This document shows positions 12,115 through 33,142 of a DNA stretch of 64,000 nt, piece by piece; the first letter of the stretch is position 1; the number at the start of each line of letters is the position of its first letter. Where the stretch lies: positions 6,770,889-6,834,888 of the forward strand of contig CAVNZM010000012.1 of the NCBI GenBank assembly GCA_963693365.1. Direction: 5' to 3'. This stretch comes from Amoebidium appalachense. Its lineage: Eukaryota; Protista; Ichthyosporea. The notes beneath the pieces are model-generated. The model was not told the DNA's origin. It saw only the letters and a list, made by a program, of their open reading frames with translations, and did not search any database. The translations under genes were made by a program, and so were the position numbers.

Positions 12115-15045
12115 TTTTGACTGGGAGAGAGGAACGGAGGGGTGAAAGGAGTAAAGAAAGAAAGAGCATGGGGAATAAGGATCTAGGAGATCTAAAGGCC
12201 CAGGTGGTTGACAATGTGCCAAACACAGCGATCACTAACTATAAAATTTTTCCCTCCTTCCCCGGACTTGAGTGGAGATCACAGAGACAAAGGACAAAAA
12301 AAAAAAAAAAAAAAAAAATGATTCCCACGTGAACGGTGTAAAGACGTCAGTGAAACTCACACAGGTTGCTTTGACTCACCTGCGCAGATTGCCAACCCCG
12401 AGAAATCCGGATTAGCAATATCACATTTTAGGATTTTGGTCGACGATTTTTGAATTGATCAAAATACATGTGCAGACCATTGACAGAGTTGCAAGAGTCT
12501 AAATTGCTTTAGTGAAATTAATAATTAGTTTTTTATATGCAAACAGAAACGAAACATGTAATATAAACAATTTACAACAAGAAACTGCAGTAACTCTTTA
12601 GGGCTTATCTATGGTATGTGCCCGGTAACCAAATCAAGAATTTCCGATAAAAAATAGCTGTTTCAAGGGAGCCAACAGAGTTCGAACCCAGATTATGGCG
12701 CCAACATCGGTTTCTCAAAGCACTGGGGATGATCATGAAAACAAAACTGATTCTCACTTATACCTGTATCGACATACACATTCGTAAGAGCTTGAAATGC
12801 TCCAAAGAAAATACTTAATTATTTCTTCTTCAGTAATTTATGAAAATTATTATGTTAACGACCGTGTTAACAGCCCGGCTATTTCAAAAAAAAATACCCT
12901 GGTAGGCCTCAAGGTCAAGGATTTGCCCCCCTTCCGGTTTCAAGCCCTGTTGATTGCGCGACCGTGCTCTCACACCCCGGGGCCACGGCCCTCTGAAAAG
13001 CGCCGTGCCGGGGCCCCCCCTCCGGATCCGTGGCACACGATGATGCACCGGCGGCGAGCTGCAGCTGAGCTTTCACCGGCCGAATTCGAACATTTTGCAA
13101 CGCACGATGTCTACCTCAATCCCAGTAGCACAGTTATTATGACGTCTACCTCACCCCTATAAGTAGTCTACGAGAGATGGTTTGTCAAGAGACTAGGGGG
13201 CAAATGGGTGCCTTCTATTCTTGTGCCTCGACATCCTTCGTCGCAGTCAAGCTTACCGGGCAGTCACTGAGTCTTGAGCTTGCTCTCCCAATATACCAAA
13301 ATCTAATGCTTTAGGTGCCGGAGAAATAGACAAAAATTTCAAGGCGACAGAGCTTCGGCTGCCCTTTGTTCAACTTAGTGTGCCCCCTCCCCCCCCCTGT
13401 TCCTCCGTCCCTCCCAGCTCTCCCTCCCTCCGTCCATCTTCCCCGATTCTCCCTCCCTCTCTGTCTCTCTCCACTTCCCCTTTTCCCGGCCCTTCCTCGC
13501 TCCTCCGCCCCGCCTCCCCTCCCCCTCCCCCCCCCCCCCCCCCCCCCCCCTCCCCCCCCCCCCTCCCCTCCCCTCCCCCCCCCCCTCCCCTCCCCTTCCC
13601 CCCCTCCCTCTCTATCTCTTCCCCGCACACACTCTCTCTCCCTCCTTTTTCTCCCTCTCCCTATCACTCTCTCCCTTGAGGTTCTTTCTCTCCGTCTCTC
13701 AGTGACTCTCGCGGGCGCGCGCACGCACACGCACACACACACACACACACACAATCCCTCTCTCTCTATCTCTCTCCCCCTCCCCTTTTCTCTCTTTCTT
13801 ACCTTATCTCTCTCTCCATTCCTTTCTCTCTCCCCTTCGCACACTATCCCACACTTGCCCCTGCGCCCCTCCATTTCCCCCTCCCCTCCCCTTCCACCTA
13901 CTCCTGACCTTCTTGGGTCCGTCCCCTCCCCCCCCCCCCCCCCTCCCCCACTTCCACCCATCCCCTTCCTGTCCCCGGCCGCCCCGCCTGCCCCACCCTC
14001 CCTCCCCCTGCCCTCTCCCCTCGAGATTCCCTCCCTCCCTCTTCCCTCTGTCCCCCCCCCCCCCCCCCCCCCCTCCCTTCACTCCCTGCCTTCCTCAATG
14101 ACTCTCAGTCTGGGTTTCTTAGCTCAGCCCCTCCTCCCCCCGCCCCCCCCCCTCCCCCCTTTCTTCCCCCCCCTTCCCCCCCCCCCCCCCTCACCCCCCC
14201 AGTCCCCCCCCCCCCCCCCCCCCCTTCAGCCCACAAAGATTTCTTGTCCCTTGAATTTATTCTTTATCATGTTTCTTCCATCTGGTGACATGTTTATTTT
14301 CCTTTTTCTTGTTTCTTTTTCGTTTTCGGGGCGGACACGGGGGTAAGGGCGGGCGAGCGGGCGGCCGGGGGGGGGGGGGAGGGGAAGGGGGGGGGGAGGG
14401 GGGGGGGTGGCAGCAGAGAGAGACGTGCGTGGTTTTTTTCTCGTTTGTGTTTCAAAGGGGTGGGGGGTGGGGGATGTGTGTGTGTGGAGGGGGTGGGGAG
14501 GCTGGAAGTACACTAGGCGCCTCAAGTACTAATACACATTCACGACGGGCAAGAAGTACACATTTCTGGATTTGCGTGCACTTTTATCATCAGATTGCCA
14601 AGTACACATGGAGTGCGCATCTCAGAAGGGGCTCTGAGGCCCGAATCATCCAATCCGAATTTTGGCTCATTCACCGAGCTCGTTAACGACACCCAACAAG
14701 GGCTGGGGGGGGGGGGGGGGGGGGAGGGGGGGGGAACTTCCACATCAATGTAGCCGCTACTACAGTTTTGGTTTTTACACCCTAAATTTATATATGCCAA
14801 ACTGCACGTCCCTCATACTATTTAACAGCCTATCACGGATACAAATTTCTATGCACTAGCAGACGTGCTTTGGACGGATACATTCCCTTATCGGACTATG
14901 TAGTAATATTACACAGATTAGCTCGTTCTTCTAGGTCTAAAAAAAAAAAACATGGAAGATCACGTACATAACCTATAACCAAGGCCCGTTTAGTCTAAAG
15001 TCTAAAACAATTGCCTCACTGAACAATCTGCACATTCATTCAAAG

Positions 15046-16458
15046 CTACACCACATACGTTCTAATAGAAAAAGCTACCCGCTGGTGCCGAGTCTTCTGC
15101 ACATGCGCTTTCAGGTACTGTTTGTGTGCAAACGTCTTGCTGCATCCTTCAACTGTGCACACAAACGGTTTCTCTCCAGTGTGCGATCGTTGGTGCTCCC
15201 TCAGATCTCTCATCGCCGTCCCCGCGTACGCACAGCCCACAACATCACACTTGAATGGTTTAAAACCCGTATGCACCGCCGTGTGTCTTTTCAGCGCAAC
15301 CTTGTGTTTGAAAGCAGCGGAGCAGCCCGGGTGAATGCACGCAAACGGCTTCTCATTTGAGTGAACAACCGCATGCATTTTAAGCGTGGGTTTGTCGTGT
15401 GCCCGGTAGGTGCATCCCTCCACGTCGCATGCGAACGGTTTTAACACCTCCAGAGGAACATCCCTCGAGCTCTCGTGTGTCGTCTTGTGCTGGAACAAGT
15501 TATACAACTGTTGAAACATCTCACCGCAACTCGGATAGTTGCAGGTAAATATCCGACGACCATTGTTGTGGATAGACCGAATATGTGCTCGTAACTTGGC
15601 CTTCATTTTCGTCGCAAAATCACACCCTTCATGCTTGCACTTGTGTGTGCCCTTATCGTCGTCGACGTGAAAGGTTGTCTCATGTTTTAATAGTCGTTCT
15701 TCCGTTGCGAATCTCGTTTTGCAACCAGGAATCAAGCATACAAACGGCTTTTCCCCAGTATGCTTTCTAATATGAACGATGAGGGCCACCTGGGAGACCG
15801 CCTTATACCCGCATTCATACGGGCAGTGAACGGATTCACCGTTTCCTTCGCTCTCTCCTACGCTCGCTGGTTTTTCGCTTTTATTTTTACGGTATTTCTT
15901 CTTGGGTGGTTCCGATGGTTCTGATGCCTCAGTAACTGTTGGTGGACTCTGGCTGCCCTCCGTTATTGAATCGCTTACGGTTTCTGTTTCGCTCAAGCGG
16001 TTTTTATAAACACGGGGGCGTTTTTCCTTGTACCTGTGTGCTTGGAGCGTAGCTTCAGCTATTTCAACAATATCTGGTTCCTGTACAGCCTGTGTTACTT
16101 GTGGTATTTCTTCATCCTCGTCGAGGAAACCACAGCCTTTACAATGTGGACACACCCTCCTCTTTTTATCCCTCGTGTGCGCACCATCATCCAGCCTTCT
16201 CTGGGTGTCTGCTGTATGTGGGAAGGAAACTGTTGGTGGTGGGGGTGGGTACAGCACGCTTTCGAACGCTCCTCTCTGCATGTCTGCAAGTGGGTACACG
16301 AAGACATGTGTTGGTTGTGGAGGTGGGTAGTATGAGGTTGGAGCGATCACGCCCATGCTGGTCATGTGCTGTGGGGGGAGTGCGTGAGCGAGTGGGTGTG
16401 CGTGTGGGTGTGAAACGGTGGGCACATAGGGGACGTTGGTTGGATATATGGCGCTCAT
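15046..16458 (-). CDS. Intronless C2H2 zinc-finger protein, 8 fingers, 470 aa
   Basis: Eight C-x3/4-C-x12-H-x3/5-H units with TGEKPF/SNEKPF linkers. Pro-rich N-terminus contains KRRVCPHCKGCG. Confidence 0.92.
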   Translation of the reverse strand: MSAIYPTNVPYVPTVSHPHAHPLAHALPPQHMTSMGVIAPTSYYPPPQPTHVFVYPLADMQRGAFESVLYPPPPPTVSFPHTADTQRRLDDGAHTRDKKRRVCPHCKGCGFLDEDEEIPQVTQAVQEPDIVEIAEATLQAHRYKEKRPRVYKNRLSETETVSDSITEGSQSPPTVTEASEPSEPPKKKYRKNKSEKPASVGESEGNGESVHCPYECGYKAVSQVALIVHIRKHTGEKPFVCLIPGCKTRFATEERLLKHETTFHVDDDKGTHKCKHEGCDFATKMKAKLRAHIRSIHNNGRRIFTCNYPSCGEMFQQLYNLFQHKTTHESSRDVPLEVLKPFACDVEGCTYRAHDKPTLKMHAVVHSNEKPFACIHPGCSAAFKHKVALKRHTAVHTGFKPFKCDVVGCAYAGTAMRDLREHQRSHTGEKPFVCTVEGCSKTFAHKQYLKAHVQKTRHQRVAFSIRTYVV

Positions 16459-16836
16459 CTTTGTGGCTAACTTATGAACATGTGTTGCAAATAGCCTACT
16501 TCAAGAAAACGGAACCACAACTGCTATGACAAGCTGCACTATATAGGTATATAGCTATGATACAAGCACTACACCTCATTATATTCCTACAGCTTTTGAG
16601 TTTATGAGGTACCGCGCGGCCGTATAAAGCTTCCTCAGGCTTGAAAATCTATTTTTAGTTTTCTACACAGGCTGGCTGTGACTCCGCTCGCGGCCGCCGA
16701 AAACTTGTAGTTTTTGTACTAAACTTTGGTAAGAAACCAGCTGATCATAGTATTTACAGTTTGCTGCAGCGTGAAACTCCTAGGTTTGAACGCATCACTG
16801 AGCTCATGTTATAAGTGTACGCCTACTATAGCGAAA

Positions 16837-18301
16837 ATGCAGAACAATCCCCGCGCAGAGAGCATGCTCTTTTATTTTCGTGCCCGTCCGCCAGCCCGTC
16901 CGCCAGCACAACACTTCCAACCCAAAAGGCCCATTCCTCGCGTTCCGGGGGGAACCCTTCCGGATATAACACTCCGTCCCTCTTTCCCACCACCACAAAT
17001 TCCACATCTTCCACCCGCCAGCCTATTTTTTCCCACGGCCCCCTCGTCTCTATCTATCCCTAAACCTCCAAAAGGAAGCTTTGCACCTGCGTCCACCACC
17101 AAGAAAACTACTGCGGATACACGTGCGGAAAGGCAAAAGAGAAAAAAGGAGAAGGAAGCGAAGGAAGAGAGGAAGAAAAAGACAAAGAGGAGAGTGTGCC
17201 CACACTGTGACGGGTGTGGATACATTGAAGAGGAAGTGGACGAAGATGATGACGAGGAGGAAACGATGGAACAAGAGACCGGAGCGGTTGAAGCAGAAAA
17301 CATGCAGGACGGAACGGTGGAAGGTGAAAGGCAGGAAGAGGATTTAGGAGAAAGGAGCGTTACCAAGGCGAAAAGGAAGAAGAAAAACGCTACCACCCCG
17401 GCAAAAAGGAAAGATCTAGCGGCAACCCTGCAGGAGGAAATTCTAACCCGGATTGAGCTGCCGACGTTGGCCAGTAGGTCACATGCGCCGGAGTATGTGG
17501 GAGAAAACGAGGAAGAGAGCGGGGAGGGAGACACGATGGTATGCCCGTTTGAGTGTGGGTTTGAGACGAAATCAAAGGAGACATTGAAGAGTCATGTTCG
17601 AAAGCACACAGGGAAGGCAGTTCCATGCACACACCCCGGATGCTATAGGCAGTTCACAACGTTGAATGGACTTAGAGGCCACATCGAACGAGCTCATACA
17701 ACAAAGGAGAAGAAGTACAAGTGTGATTATGAGGGATGCACGTATGCGACACATTATAAAGCACGTGCGGAGGAACACAGGTGCCAGCACACGGGAGAGC
17801 GGAAATTCAAGTGTCGGTATCCCGACTGCAGCGAAACGTTCATGACAAGACACCTACTCATTGCACACGCGTCCAACCACAAAGATTTGAGCATCGAGGT
17901 GCAAAAGCCGTTTAAATGCACGTTCGAAGGGTGCGGATACAAATAAGAAGGGCTCGCTCCAGATTCATGCAATAGTCCACTCGGACGAAACACCGTATGT
18001 GTGCACGTATTGTCCGGCCGCGTTCCGTCGCCTGGCAACTCTGAAAAAGCATCTTTGCATCCATACGGGCCAGCGGAGGCACAAGTGTCCCTACCCAGAC
18101 TGCGCCTATGACACCTCGTACAAGAGAGATCTAAGGATTCATATTAGCCAGCACACCGGGGAGAGACCTTATAAATGTGACCGGCCGGGCTGTACCGTGG
18201 ATTTTGCCAAGAAGGATAATCTAAGGTTGCACCAGAGGATGCATGAACGGAAGGATATGGAGGCGGCGGAGGCGGCTTTGGATATGGCTGGGTTGGGGTA
18301 G
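16837..18301 (+). CDS. Intronless C2H2 zinc-finger protein, 8 fingers, paralogue of the neighbouring gene, frameshifted in finger 5 (~17943)
   Basis: ORF 16837-17946 has KRRVCPHCDGCG and 4.5 fingers. The +1 frame continues KKGSLQIHAIVHSDETPYVC and three more fingers to the TAG ending at 18301. Confidence 0.85.
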
Positions 18302-18344
18302 TTGTGGGGGTATTCCAATGTGAATGATGATAGATGTTAGATAG

Positions 18345-18546
18345 ATGTTTCTTTTGGTATTTATGTAGTTGCGAAAGAAGCTTGTGTATGTGGGAGTGAA
18401 GAGGGGGGGGGGGGGGGGGGAGGGGGGAAGGGGTTAAAGGGGGAGGGGCAGAGTTTCTTTTGGTATTCATGTAGTTGCAAAAGAAGCATGTGTACGTGGA
18501 AAGGGGGGAGGAGGGGGGAGGGGGGGAAGGGGTTAAAGGGGGAGGC
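18345..18546. repeat. Direct repeat, two ~105-bp copies
   Basis: gtttcttttggtatt.atgtagttgc.aaagaagc.tgtgta.gtgg...ggggaaggggttaaagggggagg at ~18346 and ~18453. Confidence 0.75.
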
Positions 18547-19587
18547 GGAATGGCGGGAGAGGTTGTGTGTCTTGGCACTTTGACGTGAATTAGCCCATGT
18601 ATATCTAGCAGATGATAAAGGCCTCGTGCAACTAAGGGCACTATGGTTTCCTGTAAGGGGTTATGGAGGTTTGATGAAAGGGAGTGGGTGAAAGCCTCGG
18701 GGGTGGGGTGGGGGGGTGGGTGGGTGGGGGGGGGGGGGGAAGGGGAAGGGTGTTCATATTAGTTAATAATAATGTTAGAAGCGAGTCACTTTGAGCTTAT
18801 GTGACGGGAGCAACGTGATCGAAATATCCGGCCTGTACAGTGTTGGTAGGATTCACCATACACCAAGTCCGTTTGTAAAGTAGTTCATAACGTATAGTAG
18901 TGTAGCAGCACCGAGTACCTATGGTGCGTTAGGCCATAGCCAGAGTTAGTGATTCCTCTTCTCCATGGCCATATTCATGTAAGCATTAGAATTTATCCTC
19001 CGGTCCGGGATCAGTGCACTTTTTATTGGGCGCTCCCTCCTGCAAGTCCGTGAACATCACGTGGCTTTGTGCATTTTTACATATACATATGTTAATCCGT
19101 GCCCTTATGTTCATGTTCAGTTACCGGTAAATACGGCCATATATTAACCAGAAACAAATTTGAAAACAAGATGAAAAAACCCCCCATTCCCCCCCTCCCC
19201 CCCTCCCCCCCCCCCCCCCCGCAAAGAAAAAGGGTGGGGGAGGGGGAGAGAACGAGCAAGAGAGAGAGAGAGAGAAAGAGAGGGAGAACTGTTCTGAATC
19301 ACTCGGTCGTGTATGTGGAGTGGTGTGTATGGGGTTTACGCTGTTTACTCGAGGCAAAGAGAGACCAGTCTCAGGTATGGGGGGGGTTTTGCTCGGAATA
19401 TCCCCTCAGCGGTATATCATGATCAAGTACATAGATGTCGGGTGATGATTATATATCAGAGTTTACTTTCTCTACGAGGCACCATAAAGACTAAGAAAAC
19501 CAATTAGTTGGGTTCCCCGTTTTTTTTTGTTTTTTTTTTTCTTTCTTTTTTTTTTTCGGGGCTCCCCTGGGACACTCGGTATCAGCT

Positions 19588-19588
<1 letters not shown>

Positions 19589-19635
<47 letters not shown>

Positions 19636-21230
19636 AGAAATTTGTAATGTGTTTCTCAAGCCAATCAATACATCTAATAAACACTCATAGTTACGTGTGT
19701 TTAGTATAAATTTAAGGATGTTGTAATTTTCAGGTAGGCTATCTTTCTGGGTGTCTGTTGTGAATGTGTCGTGCCACGTGTTGCGGTATTATGTTGTCTA
19801 TCAAACTGCATTTGGCGATACATGATCGTTTAAACTGGTGTGTGTGTGTGTTGTTTGGGCATGTAAACGATGCCACCTTATACTTATTAGATCTCCACTG
19901 TATAGCACGTGTACAGTAAAAGCGTGGTAAGTGCTCAATAATACCATCAGCTAGAGAAAGACCAGTTCTACAGGAAGGTAAATATGTATTTAGGTGTTAT
20001 ACATTTGCGAGTGCCATATTTGGCAATATGGTTAAGGCGGTCATCATATATAAAACGAGACATAAGGCTTAGTTTTTCAAGGTGTCTGCTTTCATCGGGT
20101 CTAGTGTCGTGTGGTATCTTTTTCCATTTGTTATATTGTGTAATTATTTTGTGATTATGTACATGTCTAATAAGTACTAGTAAGTGGCAGTCCAAAGTCA
20201 CACGCACACTTTTGCCGGGTTTATTTGTATTTGTGCCCGGGGAAGAAGGAGAGAGGGAGGGAAGGACAGAGGGGGGAGGTGGGGAGGGGACAGGTCGGAT
20301 AGAGAAGAGAGGGTGGGAGGGCAGATAATTCTTTAAGCGGCTTATGTGCTTATTGAATTTCAGCGCGAGATGGGATACTCTAGCAGCTATTGGGACCAGA
20401 CCATATGTCGAGAGCGTTACAGGCCCAGGTTTACAACAGTTGTTAGATAGAAAGGTGGCAACTTCTACTTCAAGGAAATTTGCCAAGGGTTTAAGCGCTC
20501 TAGTTCTCTCTTTCTTGATCCAAGCGGCGAGAAGGGGTAAACCATATTCACATGCCGGGAAGACAAAAGTGCGAATAATGATGTAAGTCTAATAGAATGA
20601 TGGAGGGGTGTGTCTTTAAAAATATTAGCCGAGAAGAAAGCTAACCGCTAACGAGCCAGCTCTACCCTCTTTTCAACCATATGGGAAAACATAACACCAA
20701 CAGAATTAACCGGAACACAAAGATATTTGTATTCTGGAACGATAGGTACAGGTTCAGATGATAATGTAAATGTGTGTTAAAATTGTTAGCTATATCAGGT
20801 ACAAGAACACCACATTTGTCTATGATAAGGATCATAAGGTTTGCCTTGCACCACTCTGACACTATATCGAACAATCTTTGCAGGCGCTTAGGGGTACGGG
20901 CAAGGAGGGGCAGATCATCAGCATAGAGAAGTGCAGGCGGAAAGTTATTAATGGATAGGGTCATCATTTTCGGCATAAATCTTGACAGCCAAATCATCTA
21001 TAAATATGTTAAACAAAAAGGGGCTGAGCAATGAACCCTGGACGAGACCTCTAGTACGAGAAAAACCATATGAAAGGTGCCCATTAACCACAGCTGTACC
21101 ATAGGTTTGAGACAAGAGTGCTTCTAACAAAACACCAATGCAGTGTGGTACACCCCGTGCAGCAAGCTTTTCCCATAGGAGACAACGTACTGTAGGTGCA
21201 CAGGTATTGGAAAAAGATAGAGTTGACCAG
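19589..21230 (-). mobile_element. 5'-truncated, decayed non-LTR (LINE) retrotransposon
   Basis: RT motifs LLWEKL..RGV, GLVQGSLLSPFLFNIFIDDL, LLYADDL and EWC..N..I.IDKC, then IRTFV.P..EYGLPL. C-terminal AIQWRSN..TCP and PENYNIL..ILN blocks follow. Several stops and frameshifts; the element runs into (CA)n. Confidence 0.88.
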
Positions 21231-21321
21231 TATGACATTTCACGTACACCAGCATCCCACTGACTTTTCTATAGTTTCTAGAGCCAAAAGAATAACCTCG
21301 ATAACCCGGCACCCCCCCTGC

Positions 21322-21360
<39 letters not shown>

Positions 21361-22503
21361 ACCCCACTCCCACCCACACACACACGCAAACACACGCGTC
21401 TCCAAAAAAAAAAAAAAAAAAAAAAAGAACGAAAAAAGGAAGAAGAAGAAGGAGAAAGCCAAACTCGGTTTTCAAAGTTATCCAATGGTGTTCCTGGCCA
21501 AGAGAACGACATTTTGATGTACTGGGTCATGCCCGGCTCAATGCAACACAACTAATGTAACGCTAGATGCATTCAGTACAGTAAGCCTGTCTGAGATCTA
21601 GAGAATCGATCTTCATGATCTCAAGGCCCGTAGCAAGTCTCACCGCCATAGTGCATGGTCAATTAGACTCTGGTCATGCTTTCATGGATGGGAGATGAAC
21701 ATTATCAACCTCTTCCGTGACTAGGTGGACTTTGGATCCCATATCATTCAAGATAAACTACCCCAAAAGTAGTCTCGAGGGGGCGACAGCAGAGAGGAAC
21801 AGGTATACGTATACATGAACGATGAGTCAAGAGCGTGATTCGACCAGGCCTTACAAGTAAATGCTACCTTAAACACATGAACCAGGGCTTGCTTAGAGCG
21901 AAGAGTAAGAACTAATTAAAAAATAATGAGCAAGAACTACCTTGGGAAAATAGCTAAAAGCTACGAAAGCTACTCTGTTCCTTCAACTTACAACTTACAA
22001 ATTGACATGTTGCGTACGTTTCTCTCCAAACCATTGGAATTTTGGCGGGCTGGGTGTTACGTAACAGGAGCATATCCTCCGCTGATTGGTTGTTAGAGCA
22101 TCGTTTTCCCCATTTGCGCAAAGTAGCGCACCAGTACACGTGTTTTTCGTGCTTCTCGGAGCTTTGAAGTTGAAAGGGCTCCAGTCCAATTCATAGCAGT
22201 TCATAGTATTTTCCCCCCCTTAGCTATACCTTAGAACATATGACTAGGCTTTTTGTGCTCTGCTGTGTTTTGTAAACTAGCCAAACTGCAGGAATTTGCA
22301 AAAAAGGGTCGTTGTTTGAACGCAATTCACAACTACATTCTCACTCGCAACACTCGGATTGCTGACACCCTTCCAGCGAAGATCGTTCTTTCAGTTCGAC
22401 CTATTCTGCAAAAACTCGATAGAATTTCGTAGGAACCTGGAAGGTTGCGGCGGACTTGGTATTTTTGGGGCATAACTTGTGCTGCATGTCTCTGTGTGTG
22501 AAA

Positions 22504-30575
<8,072 letters not shown>

Positions 30576-30861
30576 ATGTGCTTACAGGTCATACCAATTG
30601 ATTCTGTTGCGGGGGAATGGTTTTAGCCAAATCTCTCAACCACATCAGTCTCTGGGCTGCCTGAGGTGTGAGCGGGTGGTTTAGCTGCGGACATTTCAGC
30701 TTTCCCTTCTGTTTTTTTGTCAACTACGGGTCTTTTTCTTTTTCTTTCTTTCTTTCTTTCTTTTTCTTTTTTTTTTCCCCCCCTTTTTGCCTTCCTTTTT
30801 CTGTAGTGAAATTCTGTAGTGGTGGTGATGAGGTGATGTGGATAGGTTGTGTGTGTTGTGT

Positions 30862-30927
<66 letters not shown>

Positions 30928-31500
30928 TGCAACTATATTTGACAACAGTGTATTTAGTGGTACGCATAGATCGGTTTACTCAAAGCTGTACGGTATTTGG
31001 TATATGCGAATCCAGAACATAATTGTTTTGTCGGGAAAAAAATATGTTGACAGAATCCAGACTCTCTGATTGGCCTTGGTGTAGCCAATCGCTGATCGTT
31101 AAATTTAGCGCACGTGGCCCACTCGGGACGATACGCAGTGATGCGGCCGGCCGCAGGCACAGTAGGTGCGACCTATGGCCGAGCTTAAGAGGCCAAGCAA
31201 ACGCCCCGTTCAGCACCCTGTGCGAGTGAATAATAAAGCTAATATCAGAATCCCCATATTCCTACTTTTTTTAAAATCTATGAAAAAAATTTTTGGGGGG
31301 TGCCAAATTTTCTTCCCGCCCTGATTTGTATATTAGCTAACTGTGCGTTGTCATATGCATGACGTCAGAACATCATTGAGTAGGGGTGTGGATATTGCCG
31401 TTACCGAGTTTTTCCTTGGTTTTGTTGTTGCCCTTGCGGTTGCAGAAGCCAGGTCGAAGGATAACAGCCAAAAAACATGCATTTGGTTATTGTAGGACGG

Positions 31501-31542
<42 letters not shown>

Positions 31543-31588
31543 CGTGTGTGTTCATGTTTGTGTGTGTGGGGTGAGTGGGGTGGCCGTA

Positions 31589-31646
<58 letters not shown>

Positions 31647-31834
31647 CACGAGCCGTCTGAATATATATTTAGTTTTCTATCATTTTTTCGAGAGCGTCAA
31701 GACACTCATCAATACCCCCTGCACCAGGGGGCCGTGGCCCGGACAGGGGGTCGTTGCCCCCAGCCCCCAGTCCATCGTCATTCATCAGTATGTCCAGTCG
31801 GAACTCAACGTGCCCTTCTCCCCCAAAAACCTTA

Positions 31835-32878
31835 GGGCCTGTTTGGCAGCACCCCAATAATCGTATTCGTATTTAGGCCCTAAATACGATCTACCGTATT
31901 TACAAAATTTATCGTGGTATGCGTATTTAGGGCCTAAATACGGTTGGTGCCTTCCAAACGCTGTCAGGCGTGACTGGTCACATAAAATGTCGATACATGT
32001 TCACGAGATCTGATTGGCCCTATTCTATCGCACCCATTGATCATCCTTCGGTATTCCATGCATATAGGCTGGTGCTGTAGTCAGTATTACAGCGAACGGC
32101 AAAAACGAGTCACCGACAGTGAGCCTTGCTCTGTTTAACAATGCATAAATAGGTTAGAATGTCTGTTATTGAAGGGATACTGCCAGTAATTGCGGTGGCT
32201 AGCCTTGCTAGAGACCTCGTTTTACATCACCAACGTTCGTCCCTGGCATTCCCCATCATATCTGAACACATAGTGAGTGTTAAAATTTGTCCTTGTCTAT
32301 GCAGTACTCGTGGTGCCTGCATGTCACCGAGTTGTTTGTACATGTACATTTGATTGTTTTTATTAATGCATATATCGGAGTCCAGTATTGTTTCAATGAT
32401 TATTATGGCATATATATATATATATATACAGTCTGAGCTTGTGATCATGCACCGTGTAGGGTCCTCGTCCTCTGTCTTACCTGTGCAGCCCAAATTCATG
32501 TGCCAATTTTAACTGAGCATGTACACAAAATGACTTGTATGACACCGACCTTCTTTTTAACAGTGAATTGTTCACGTGCATGCGCCGGCATGCGTACTGT
32601 TGTAAAAATGTGCCCTCCGCGGCTTTCGCTGTACCATTGGCTAGCTGATAGCCAATAAATGATGCGAAATGCTCTGATTGGCTAATTTCCTATATCGTAT
32701 TTACGAAAATTACTTCCGGAGGTGATTTTCGTAAATACGATATAAAAGCGATCCCTATCGTATTTACAAAAAATAAAAGCCCGCGGCGTGTTTGGCATGC
32801 CACGGGATCGTATACGTATTTAGGCCCTAAATACGAATACGATAAAAAACCGTATTTAGCGCGCTACCAAACAGGCCC
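31835..32878. mobile_element. PIF/Harbinger (Tourist-like) MITE, 1044 bp
   Basis: TIRs gggcctgtttggcagc / gctaccaaacaggccc, TTA target-site duplication at 31832-31834 and 32879-32881, no transposase ORF. Confidence 0.88.
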
Positions 32879-33142
32879 TTATTATTCTCTCACCTCCTCC
32901 TCCTCCCCCCCCCCCCCCCCCCCCCCCCTTCCCCCCACCACCACCCACCCACCCACCCACCCCTCTGTCTCCCTATCTAATATTAGACCTACGTACACTG
33001 CCCTGTTGCACAGTGCTAAGACCAGACGCGCACACATTCAATTTTCGTGTTGAAAATCCCCAGCTGGCTGCAAGGTTGGTGGGAATGTGCGACTGGCGGC
33101 TGTTCTTCTGGCTGCTTGCCACGCCAGGTGTTAGGGCGGGTA

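Noticed and set aside
12676-12704. tRNA-like gttcgaaccc...ggcgcca
   Set aside because: The T-stem does not pair and no D or anticodon arms can be built.
12797-13260. GC-rich ORF-like patch (MMHRRRAAAELSPAEFEHF...)
   Set aside because: Short, frameshifted, with no recognisable motif or splice-consistent partner exons.
17938-17947. AAA-TAA as a Euplotes-type programmed +1 frameshift
   Set aside because: A simple +1 shift leaves the finger two residues short (C-x10-H), so a deletion fits better. There is no sign of a ciliate genetic code.
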